Assembly (NCBI GenBank): GCA_040954595.2
Contig: CM082595.2
Span: 4,490,137 to 4,554,136 of the forward strand
DNA length: 64,000 nt
Direction: 5' to 3'
From: Balanoglossus misakiensis
Lineage: Eukaryota > Animalia > Hemichordata
Shown in pieces: positions 40,407-52,023 of this stretch. The notes beneath the pieces were generated by a model, which searched no databases, had not been told where the DNA came from, and saw only the letters and a program-made list of their open reading frames with translations. The first letter of the stretch is position 1. The number at the start of each line of letters is the position of its first letter. The position numbers and the translations under genes were made by a program.

Positions 40407-41296
40407 ATGGTGTCCTTTTGTCTGAAGCGGAACGGACTGCCGGGGCATATGTCCGCGGGCACCAAACTGGCCAAACTCTGCCTGTTTACGGTGCTAACGA
40501 TTGCCATCATATTCGGCGTTCATCGGTCCGTAAGATTTCTTTCTGTTACCGTGGAAACCGGCGAATGCTACCTCACAGCGGAGGAAGAGGCCAACTTGAC
40601 TCATGTGTTGCGCAGTGTTATTTCAGCGCTGGAAGAAATGAACACCACCTATTGGCTTGACCGAGGTACTCTGCTGGGCGCTCTATGGACAGGAGATATT
40701 GTGAGGTGAATAAATTTGCATTAATTTAAAAGTTCACTTAAACCCTAGGAGCAGGACCAGAGATTATGTCAACACCATTAACAATTACATGCTTCATCAG
40801 TATAATCACACGTTTCTACTTATGATATTCTTTTTAGTGTCTGCACGTATAACCCGGTGAAAATCGCCTGTGGAAATTCACTGAGGAGAATTCGGTTTAC
40901 AGTATTCTTAATATTATCTTATAAAATTCATCAAGTCGGTCAAATACAGACAAATTTGATCGGTGTAATTATTTAATGTTGACTTGCTTTACTTGACCAT
41001 ATTTAATACGTGCCAGAATATCCTGTGTCTTAGAATGCATAGTAGCCAAGTGGCTAGAATCACGGAATATTGATCGTGGGTTAGACCCCCGGCATATGTG
41101 GGGTGTTGTGTCCTTGAGCAACGCCCTTTTTTGAGGACACGTGCGCTATACGAACTCACAGTGCACTATTATTCTTATTATTATTATAATGTTATCAGCT
41201 GTTCCCCTTTGCGTATATGCTAGCCGGGATGTGGTCTGTATAAAAACACAGTATTCACGAATCCTTGTGTCAGATAGAGAGTACTTTGTAGTCTAG

Positions 41297-41337
<41 letters not shown>

Positions 41338-41846
41338 TGCAGTCGAGTTGGCCTTTGTATCACTAATACACGATGGTTGAATGCTTGCGACTTTTTTGTC
41401 CTTGCAGATATGACGCTGACGGTGACATCGGATATCTTAAAAATGAAAAACACAGTCATGAAGAATTCAGAGACCGACTGCAATACTATAACGTACGCTA
41501 TAACTATTTCGGGGGCTCATACTTTTCCACAGCAAGATACATGAACATGAAAGTGGATCTGAAACGGTACAGAACAGTGAATGGAATGTACCGCGGACAA
41601 AATATGAAAATTCTCGCGAGACACTCCATTGGGGATGAGACGCGAAAGAAGACAATTATCATCAAACCAAATGAACAAAGAGATGAATTTCCGTTGTCTT
41701 GGTTACAGCCACTGCGGACGATTGACTTCATGGACATGAAAGCGAAAATTCCGCACGAAGCAGAAAAACTGGTTCGGCACCGGTATCCTTATCGTCATCT
41801 TTATCCGGTGCCATTGAAATGGAGATGTTGGGTTCCTTTTGCTTAG
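40407..41846 (+). CDS. LicD/fukutin-related protein, paralog B (tandem duplicate); exons 40407-40705, 41408-41846
   Basis: Same exon structure and high similarity to paralog A; motif YWLDRGTLLGALWTGDIVR|YDADGDIG; shared upstream CCTCAAATGAGACTAACCT and similar 3' UTR. Confidence 0.85.
41040..41190 (+). mobile_element. Degenerate, internally deleted tRNA-derived SINE
   Basis: A-box TAGCCAAGTGG, B-box-like GGGTTAGACCC, core GTTGTGTCCTTGAGCAA, 3' GCGCTATA and a (TAT)n tail. Confidence 0.6.
41298..41336. repeat. (CAAT)n microsatellite
   Basis: Directly visible. Confidence 0.9.
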
Positions 41847-42261
41847 TGGGAGATTTTTTGTGAAACATGACAAGATGGATCTAAAGTGACAAATTCAAGT
41901 GACATTTGACCAAGGCTCCAAATAACTGTTGTGAGTCCAATTCAGGAATGTTTTCACTCTTCATTTGCACATGAGCAGCAGAAGGTTTCATATTTGCACA
42001 CAGTAACCATATATTTTCCATAGAACTTCTTAAACGATATATCTAATCCGTGGTTTTGGAATTCCTGAGAAGAAAACAACTAGTTTTGGTGGTGGCTGAA
42101 TTAAAGGCAGCGCTCTCAATACAAAACGATAATTTACTAGTACAGTATGTCTGATGGGAATGTGGTGAATCGTGGTTGTTCGACCTGCAGCAGAGCCATA
42201 TGGGAGATGCTGTAAAGTGCGGCCATAATCTCAGGTAAGGTAAGGTAACCCTGCGCTATCT

Positions 42262-45200
42262 TTAACTGGCGTTGCTTGACAACGAGGCAGCCCACGAGTC
42301 CAGACTATCAAAATTGGCGTAGGACGAAACATAGGCCTCTGCGTCCAACAGCATCCAGGTGTTCACAACAATGATTTCCACCAAGTAACTAAAAAGAAAC
42401 AGTCTGTCCAGCTTTCTTGCCACCATTTTCCAGTCGTCGTCCACGTGCGCCTTCACGGCAGCATTACGTTCCTTCCTCTGCAAGGTGTCCAGGATGTCAT
42501 ACGCCACGCCCTCTATGCTAATTAGCGTGCTGTCGGGTATGGATCGTCCACCCACAGTTACCTCGGACCGTCGGCGCATGGGGAAGTGACCCTGTTTCTC
42601 CTCGACTGTAGAGGGGTTCCCTACGCGTAATGTACTCCTGGGCCACTTGCTAGAGGAGGAGCAGGCAGAGTCCAGCAGAAATATCTTTCGAAGGATCTGT
42701 GGAACCTGCGAATGAAAGTGAACGCCTCAATCGAGTCTGTACTGTCTTAGAAGCCATTACATTTTGTCGGTTCTTGTCAACGGCGCTGCTCTTTCCCACG
42801 TGGGCAGTCTCTTCCTATCAAAATTGCTGTATCAGTGCCAGAAAAAAAAATGGCTGACATATCAAAACTCTCCACCAAATCCCTCTCATAATCAATTGAT
42901 TCTCCCTAAATAAACTGTCGTTCACAAATTGTAGGTTACCTTTCTGTACCACATACCTGGCATTTTGAATTGGTTCCCATGTGTCCGACGGCCAATGTGA
43001 TGACGTTCAACAGAGTGCCAGACGACAGCACGAACAACAAGGATATGTAATACTGGCCTGTCGTTGAAAGAAAATTGAATTTGTTTCATCCAGACATTTT
43101 AAATTTTCTGTAGAGGTTATTTGATCGGGATACGTTTGGCCCGTTTATGAAATGTGAGGTAGTGAGCGAGTGGATAGAAGCATACGCGCATGCGTGAATT
43201 CAAATAGTACCTGTTTCCGGTGTACATGAACTTACTGAGTAATATCTGGCTGTCAGCTGTTGCCGGCAACACCTTTATGAGCGACTGCAAATACACGATG
43301 CCAGTGAGAAATAGAGTGACACCCATGCTGATCTTCTGGACGCCATATTGATAGGGGATGAGAAAGCTGATCACCATCATCAGATCGATGAGAATACACG
43401 GGAACAGATAACAGGTGAAGTACAGCTGATATTTGCGTTTCAGTATAATTGACGTGTGGGCCACTCTGTAGAAGCGCCCTGTAAAATGCACAGAAATGGT
43501 GAATAAATAAAACTCTAAAAACGATATTTTATCCAAAAAAAAACATCTTTTTACGTTTTCTGCATTTTGCAACTACGTGTTAGCATTACCAAATGCCCAG
43601 TGGTTAGCTCGGGAGTGTGAGATTCTATTAATCTCCCCTCTAAGTTATTCCCTTCAAGAAATACTAAGTAAGCTTTCAAAAAACGTAGAAAATGGCCGCC
43701 TGCACGTGTCTGAATGTACTTCTCATTGGGCCCCCGACTCCTAGAATTTAATATTTTATGCTAAGCAAATGAAACAGATAGACAGGCAACCTACCGTCTT
43801 TACCGTGGTATGTGGTTGTATAAGAACTACTGTTTACGAGTCGAAATTCACCCATGTCATTAAACCCAGATTCATTGGCACTACTGTAGCGATGATTAAT
43901 ATCAACTTGGGAAGTGTCGTACATCCACGAGCCAAGCGGTATGTCACACACCTGGGCGAAGAAAATATTGTTGTTGATTTTTTAGAAAATCGCATGGCCA
44001 CCACAGTATCTTTTAACACAACACAACACAACACAACACCACACCATGCAAGACCACAACATCATCATCAACCGCTTCAAGACAAACGCAATATCTCAGC
44101 CATAACGATCTCACCTGTGCATCCAACGGGAAAGATCGAACTGAGATATGACAAGTCATTTCGATGAAAATTGGTCGCCACGTCATCGTAACAATACCAG
44201 TGGACTCTATGCCTGCTAAAATATTCGCCGACGGATTATCAACACTGTCAGCAACACTGGCAACAAAAACGAAAGGGGCTTTAGGCGTTTAAAGGGGCAC
44301 ATTTCTTGACTTAGTACTAATTAACATAAAAAGGCAAGGCGAATGAAAAGCATATTGTAACGGAAATTATGACGGACTGAGGTCCCAAAAATTGTCAAGC
44401 CTTCGTGAATGACGAACCTTGGACCAATAAGCCAACTCAACGGTAGCGTAAACGTAGCACGATCGAGCCTTGACGGCGTAGACCGGTCCGTTACAAGTCC
44501 TGGTTCTATTTACCTTGCGCACGGCAGAAAGTGCGCTAAGAGATGCGCTGGAAAAATGCAGTATAAACTGCTAACCGACCGACCCGAGCGTTGCGCTCAC
44601 ACAAATACCAAGAAAAAATAAGGAATTACGATCCGTAGACAACTAGACCTCTCAGAGGTTACAGAAAAGCTGTTCCTACAAACGTGGAGAAGGGTTTGAA
44701 CGAAAATATAAGAAAGATAGAGGTAAAGTACGAATTCAGATCACTACAACCGAGAGCAAGATGCTCACAGTTCAATCGCCATGTCTCGTCTGGTTTTGGA
44801 TGTCGAGGGGAGTCACAAAGAAGCAAATAAGCCCACGTGATACAAGCTCCGCCCCCAATCGTGGACAGTTTCTTCTGCTATCGGGTTTCTCAGTCTGAGA
44901 ATCAGGAAAAAGTCGCATTTTTTGAGATGCGAGTCTAGTGTGGGGCGTTGACCTAGCAATTCCGTGACAGTGTGCTTTTATTTTAGTAGCTCTTCAAATG
45001 ACGCCATGAGCGGCATCTGGGGGCTCACTCACTATTATAGACTTCCACCCATCAGTTAATTAACCAATATAATTAAATGCTATTCTCACATAAAATCGTT
45101 TATCTGAGAGATGTCTTGTTTCACAACGTTTGAGAAGTCTTGTAAACTTATTGACGTTGCCCATAGCAACAACCAGAAAGTCAATGGGAGAATACAATTC

Positions 45201-48200
45201 GTATATTGAACCCAACTTTGAGTATGCGCCAGTGGCAAACAGATTTGAAACATTAAAACAGTTGGGAGGATAGCCAAGTCTGTCGCTGTTTTATTTAATT
45301 GCTGTCCCCGCATCAAACAGGGCTTTCAAAATTTTTCAATTCACCATCAGGTGACATAAGTGGTGGCAAATCCATAAAATCATCAGGTTGATTTACATTG
45401 GACGCCTCAACAGACCGACCTGGAGTTTTACCAACTCCTGTTTGTTCAACTTGTGGGTCACTGATATTATTGTCGACGAATTTTCCCGCTGTACTACAGT
45501 GCACGTACGAGGTGCGCCAGACGTAAAAAAAATCGATAACGCTATTCAACAATATAGCAACAATGTATAAGAACAATAGAAGCAGCAGCCAAGGAATGTC
45601 TACAGCCGCAAAACGCAGACTGAACGGACGAGCAGCACAAATCTTATCCCACCGCTGCCACTGATAAACAGAAATTATGTCGGACTGAGGTCCCAAAAAT
45701 ATTCAAGCCTTAGTGAATGACGAACCTCAGACCAAACAGCCAATTGAACGGTAGAGTAAACGTAGCACGATCGAGCCCTGACGGCGTAGACCGGTCCGTT
45801 ACAAGCCCTGGTTTGATTTACCTCGCACACGGCAGAACGTGCGCTGAGAGACGTGCTGAAAAGACCGACCGACCGACCTGAGCGTTGCGCTCACACAAAT
45901 ACCAAGAAAACCCTCGGAATTACGATCCGTAGACAACTAAATTTCTCAGAGAATACAGAAACAGTGTTCCAACAAACGTGGAGAAAGGTTTGAACGAGAA
46001 TATAAGAAAGATAGAGGTAAAATACGAATTCAGATCACTACAACCGAGAGCACCATGCTCACAGTTCAACCGCCATGTCTCGTCTGGTTTTGAATGTCGA
46101 GGGGAGTCACGTACAAGCAAATACGCCCACGTGATACAAGCTCCGCCCCCAATCGTGGACAATTGACAGTTTCTCCTGGGTTTCTCAGTCTGTGAATCAG
46201 GAAAAAGTCGCATTTCTTGAGATAGGAGTCTTGCATGGGGCGTTGACCTAGCAATTCCGTGACAATATGTACACGTTCTGTCCACGTGCTTATTTGAGCA
46301 CACTAGTGTAGGTGACCTTTTTAAAATGAAGAAATCTGCAATAAATCATCTTATACTTCCACATTTGGAAGTACAGTATATGTAAAGCACTTTATATGAC
46401 GTCACATGCTGTACAATCTAAAACTACTCCCCGGTTAGCCAAGTATACAGGAAACATATATATCAAAACGAAGCAAAACAAAAGAATGAAAAAACATGAC
46501 AAAACAAAACTATATTATTCACAACTTAACAAATACTTAACGAAATTAAACCATACTGAACTAAACAAAACAAAACAAAAATACAATTGAACTAAACCAG
46601 GTTTCCCTTCTCAGAAATGAAACGGTGATATTATTTAGGCTTGAATTACTACTGTACTTGTTCAAAAGTCGTATGTCTGGGGTCCATATCTCCGATGCCG
46701 GAAGAACAACCCTGTCCACGTCACCAAAGTCAGGCGGGTTCCATCGCAGGTGTTCGTCTTTCCAAAACTATTCGAAGAAAACCAAATTAGCAAAGAGAGA
46801 AGAGTTTAGAACATATTGACCTTACGGTGACCTTGTTCCTGGAATTTTTCGGTTTGGAGGACTTAGGAACTTTAATTTACATATTTGTCAACATGTGGTC
46901 AAGAAGGTTGGTCTAAGCCCTACAATGACCATTTTGGTGGCGCACTTTGTTCGCGTATGCCACACTCAGTTATCCGTGATCAATTTTTCCATGGTAACAG
47001 TGGTTAAATTAGCATAGGTGACCGAAAGGCAATATTCGAAAAACGAAAATTTGGACGGCTAAGCACCCATTTCGCCTTTATTTTGTCTCACAAATTTCGT
47101 TATAGTTGGACAAATAGACTTACCACTGTCAACACAACCAACATGTGCAAAACTTGCTCTTTGTTTTTCTGTAAAAGCAGAATTAAACATCCGTTAAGCT
47201 CCGAATTTTAGGTAATCCACTCCAGTTCATGGTGATAATGTTTCACTCACCAAAGTCATGTAATGCTCAAACAGTAGATTTTCGGAAATTTAAAAATAGG
47301 TAAGTACAACATTACCATGGTTAATATATGCGTGACGGACAGATCTGTGGTTACCATAGTAACAGTTTTGTCATCTTCTACCGGGCGGACACGTTTGTCA
47401 TAACTTCCCAATATTTCGTCGATGATTTTCTTTTCGTTTGAAACTAGACAGTTCACTGAAAGTACAACAGAAATCTAATATTATACGACCTTGCAGACAC
47501 GTCATATATGTGTTTATATGTTATGCCTTCTACGAGGAGAATTAGTTCGTAAGAAATGTTTCGGTTCACGAGACAGAGTAGACGGTAACTGATGAATTTG
47601 CTCATCCATGCATGTATGTACGAGCATGGGATAAAGGACGTCAACAGAAATAGGGGTCGTGTACTTGTCATGTGGCGAAGGGCGTTGACCTGCCGCGTAT
47701 TAATAACAACTTTATGCAAATACCATACTTTCCAATGTCGTGTTAATTGCTTTATGTTATATTTTCAAGGTGCGACATTTCGTTCTGCTATTGTATGATC
47801 TGTCAAGACCAGATAATATTTAAAGCCTCCGGTCGTAGGGGTAAACCGTAGAACGTTATGACGTCACATGAATTATAAAATACCAGGGCATGTACCATCA
47901 TTTTTAGAACCCATTTCTCAGTAAATGTGACCATGCATTTACAAATGATATTGTTTTCCTGTGCTTATTCAGTGAGAAATTTTCTGTACGCTGACGATAT
48001 GACCCGCAAATACACACTGCACATTAACACTGCCTGTACAAGTACATGTACATAATTACATAATATTTCTGTATTTACATAAATGCACAAAAACAAGGCT
48101 ATTCTGCATTTTGAATATTGTGTATATTTATCGCAATTACGTATAGCGAAATGGGCATATTTTTCTTCTTGTTCATCTTGTTTGCAAGACACGATACAAA

Positions 48201-48267
48201 AACAAAGAATAGATTTACCTGCCCCGCATAATACAAGCATAATCGCACAGGCCCATGTGACGACCAT
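42262..48267 (-). CDS. Cys-loop ligand-gated ion channel subunit, nAChR/5-HT3-like, non-alpha, 476 aa; exons 48219-48267, 47316-47455, 47124-47168, 46658-46767, 44115-44256, 43795-43951, 43236-43478, 42957-43057, 42262-42705
   Basis: YDKRVRPV, W.DEHLRWNP, IWTPDI, Cys loop C-HISVRSFPLDAQV-C (13 residues), GSWMYD, M1-M4, WKMVARKLDRLFL. All nine exons join in frame (1431 nt). Confidence 0.92.
44356..46264 (-). mobile_element. Complete 1.9-kb non-autonomous LTR element in intron 4 of the channel gene (LTRs 44356-44969 and ~45664-46264)
   Basis: TGTAACGGAA..TTCCGTGACA termini; 4-bp TSD ATAT (44352-44355 and 46265-46268); PBS-like CAGTGGCAGCGGTGGGAT at 45646-45663 on the minus strand; ~700-bp internal region without pol. 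Confidence 0.88.
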
Positions 48268-50361
48268 ATTTATCCGGAAAGTGTCCTGACTAGTCGTGCG
48301 AACGATCTCTTTTCCTGTTTAATTTACCGTTGCACCTGATGTTATGGGATAGTCGCCGGAACGTTCTGTCACTGGAATAATTAGTTGTCGCTAACATGGT
48401 CGCAAAGACCCTCTAACTTTTTTGATATTCTCTAGGACAAGCCATCAATAAATGATGTAACCGGCTGGTTGGTTGATGGGTTACTTGGCTGACTGACGAC
48501 ATGACTGACTGAACCATAAATAAACTGGTTTTCAGTTCAAATATCAAATTTCACGGCTTAAATTTCCCAGCATTTGTCGAACCCAAGGTTAAGAGCGGTC
48601 ATTGCCTAGGTAATTTGATCAGATTCCTGTGACATGCAACTCCTGTTCCAAACTTGATTATTATGTTCGCCCAATTAAATAACATGTGTTTCCACAGTTT
48701 AGGCACAAACAGGGAGTTCTGGAACATCTGGAGACGAAAGTGCGCGTGATTGAGAACCCTGGTCCGCCGGTACCGATGCAAAGCTCTCTTGAGTATAAAT
48801 TGTGAACGTCTCGAGCGAGGCGGATAGGACATGGAGCACGTGACGTGATTCCCGCGTACAAGCAGTGAATCACCTCGAAATTATCCAAAAGACATCATTC
48901 AGCAGGTATCGCCTGAAATTGTTTCTGAGCTTATCTCCCATTGACTAAAAATCGATAAGGTATGCTCCATTAGAGATCTTATTTCACTGTTGACTGGTGT
49001 TTGTATACATAGGGTTAAATAGTCCTGAATGGGCCGTCCCGGGTTCATATGTCACTTAATTGGAGACTGGAGTCGTGTCATGAGAAACGCTTTGTGGAAC
49101 GCCCTCGGCTGCACACAGGCCGGAGTCACCCGAACTCGCCACGGGTGAAACTTCGCAGAGGGTTGAATTTGTACACTTCGGAGTTAGAAAGAAAAACTCC
49201 CGACGAATCTGACGTCCAGATATCTTTTCTCTGAGACATCTTGATTGCAACGTGAGTTTGTGGTGTCCTCTGCAGGCGACTGGCAAAATCGTCGACGTAA
49301 CTGACTGTCGGGAAACTTCTAGACGATACGCACCAATCTGAAAACGCTGGAACTCAGGTGCAGGACCACGGCTTTGGTAAGTTTGATTGACAAACAGTTC
49401 CTCGGTGAATAAAAGAGAAAACAATCGGGGATTTGTTCCAACATCATCGCCGGCATACACTACAGGCCGAGTCGGTGGAGAAATAATAGCACGCTTGTAT
49501 GTCAGGCGCAACAATCAACAGGTAGTCCCGTGACGACATAGCCCGTCTCGGACTACACATCACAAAGACCCGCAGAAACTTTGCCTGACAACGTCGGTGA
49601 CCCCAAACAGAAATACTGGCCCCCTCAATGTAAGATATAAGCAGTCGTAATATATTTTCAAGTTTGTGTGAAATTTCAAATCGGTGTTCAATGTTAACAT
49701 CGCCATCAGTTAGGGACTCCGCGTCGAGTCCGATAAGACAACGCTACATGAACAAACCCGTCGTGCAGTATATACCTGTTGTTTGGATAAATATGTTATT
49801 TCAACAAAGCGTTTAGAAGATTACACAGTTTACCGTTAGTCGTGGCCTGCACCGTATTACGCGCTGCGACCATGACACCCGGCCTCATAGACCTGTATTT
49901 TGTGCATTTTCTTTTGCAGGAGTTACGGCGCGGTGATGTTGGAACCAGACGATAACGTCAGTTGAAAATATGAACAACTCTGGAAACGTTTAGTGACAAA
50001 TGAACTTGAAAAGCGGTTAAGCTGCGTATTTATTCGCTTTCTAAAGATCCGCCTGCAGCATTGAATGCCAGAGAATTTCGACGTAGCTGTCAAAGAATTA
50101 TCACCCATGCGATGTCGACGAGATGAAAAACTAATTATTCTACGACTTCGCACCCATTCGAGTATTTACTGAAAATTGTCGTCTGAACGTGACGGGAACA
50201 AAGAATGGGCATACAACGCTGAATAATTACGGTGATTTAAAAAGTATTTGTTTTAGAATTGACGGCGGCGAGAAATATTTGAAAAAAATGTGTTTTCGGT
50301 AGGGTTACGTAACAGTACAGTATCAGACGGGTGATCGCTGGAATTTTGAGTGGTGTCGAAA

Positions 50362-52023
50362 ATGAGTGCGACGTCGCGGAGTTCGATTCACTACAAGTGC
50401 AAACACAACGGCCTGTTGGCACACGATCTGGACAGCCGATGCAGCAGGGCTCGGGCCATGAACATGTTCGAGAACAGAAAGCTACAGGGCACCATCTACA
50501 AGCTGAGCAAGAAGTACAACAAGAAGGTGGAGCGGCTGAAACGCGAGACCTACGAGCTGAAGTACATCTTGAAGCAGATGCCCCCGGCCCCGCCGCCATC
50601 CATGCATTCGGACTACGCCACCACCACCACCAGCCGGGGTTTAGCCGACAGACGGGTTTCGGCGAGCGCCGGACCGGTGCTGACGACGACGTTAGCCGCC
50701 AAGCCGGCAAAGAATTGTCCGGTCATCCTCACGCCGCGTAGCGCCCCGACGGCGACGCAGAAACGTCGGCGGAAGCCAGCCATTGTTCCCGGGACGCCGA
50801 ACGCGGTCTGCCCGCCTTTATATCATCAGGCACGCGGCGAGCTGCCTGCCTTGGATCGACATTCGGCTATCCAGATTAACATCGAACACTTGCGCCGAGT
50901 TGCCGCGCGGGCGGCCGAGAGAAGGGAGACCGCTCCTTCGGACGATTCCCAAAGCGAGTGCTCCGACCCCGACGTACTGTCTCCGGGAAACCCGCCGCGG
51001 ATAAACACAAAAGCACCGAGATCGCTAGCAGAAAGACGACTCTCGTTTCTGCAGAAGCTTGACGAAGCCAGGAAGAGGCGAAAGCAAAGTTCTTTCGCCC
51101 AGTCATCGGACGACGGTAACGAAGACACTGAAGACGAGGAAGGGGAACCAAAACTCAGCGGGGACGTCAAGAGCGTTATCGGCGCAACCAATCAAGTTCG
51201 CCGGATGTCTTTGCTTCTACCGCCGACAAACACTTACGATTTCGTCTCCAGACGGCGCATCAGCCTACAGTTGCCGAATCCATCAGAAGACGTGTACGAG
51301 AAAGAAGACAGACCGAACAGGAATCTTAAGAAAACGGTAAGAATCAACCACACGGCAGAAAGTATTGAGTACGAAGCGTTAACGCCACGCCCTTCCGAAG
51401 CATCCACGAACTTGCTTGAATGGAGTCGCGCTGTCGCGGGGAGAAGACGCGAAAGCCTCGGCTTTAGTTCGTACGGGTTGGATGACGACCGCGTCCGTGG
51501 CAACGGAGCGGCACCAAGAAAGCGGCGCTTCTCTGCCGCCAGTAGCGTCGCCGTAGACTCGGACGACGAATACGACGACGAGACGATGCCGCGGAAAGGT
51601 CAAAACTCGCGGGGATTTGAAGCTCGGAGGAATTCTCTGAGCCAGGCAAGCATGGCCCGACGCATCAGCCTACAGCAGGCGAACAAACCCTCGGCGACGT
51701 ACCACTTGGAGAAGCGCCTTCGGAGCATGCAGCGGCGGTTGTCGACGGCGCAGCCAGCCTCGTACGCCGAACTCTCCAAAGTGAGCCTGAAGGACGAGAT
51801 GGAACCGGAACCGGAAATCCAGTGGCCGAGAAAAGAGAAGGAGAGGGCCGCCCTGATCCTGGAAAACGAAGCCGACGAACAAGTCGTCTTGAAGAGTAGA
51901 GTGAAAGCTTTTCTGGAGAGGGCGAAACAAATCCCCAAACCTCACTCAAGACTGAGCATGACCAAGTCTGAACATGACATGAAGCAGTTCCAACAGGCCA
52001 TGCGACAGTTAGAAATAAGGTGA
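50362..52023 (+). CDS. Uncharacterised 553-aa basic, largely disordered protein with an N-terminal coiled coil and many RRxS sites; single coding exon
   Basis: Long GC-rich ORF from the first ATG at 50362. Upstream acceptor at ~49919 and donor at ~49376 suggest a spliced 5' UTR. Confidence 0.8.
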   Translation: MSATSRSSIHYKCKHNGLLAHDLDSRCSRARAMNMFENRKLQGTIYKLSKKYNKKVERLKRETYELKYILKQMPPAPPPSMHSDYATTTTSRGLADRRVSASAGPVLTTTLAAKPAKNCPVILTPRSAPTATQKRRRKPAIVPGTPNAVCPPLYHQARGELPALDRHSAIQINIEHLRRVAARAAERRETAPSDDSQSECSDPDVLSPGNPPRINTKAPRSLAERRLSFLQKLDEARKRRKQSSFAQSSDDGNEDTEDEEGEPKLSGDVKSVIGATNQVRRMSLLLPPTNTYDFVSRRRISLQLPNPSEDVYEKEDRPNRNLKKTVRINHTAESIEYEALTPRPSEASTNLLEWSRAVAGRRRESLGFSSYGLDDDRVRGNGAAPRKRRFSAASSVAVDSDDEYDDETMPRKGQNSRGFEARRNSLSQASMARRISLQQANKPSATYHLEKRLRSMQRRLSTAQPASYAELSKVSLKDEMEPEPEIQWPRKEKERAALILENEADEQVVLKSRVKAFLERAKQIPKPHSRLSMTKSEHDMKQFQQAMRQLEIR

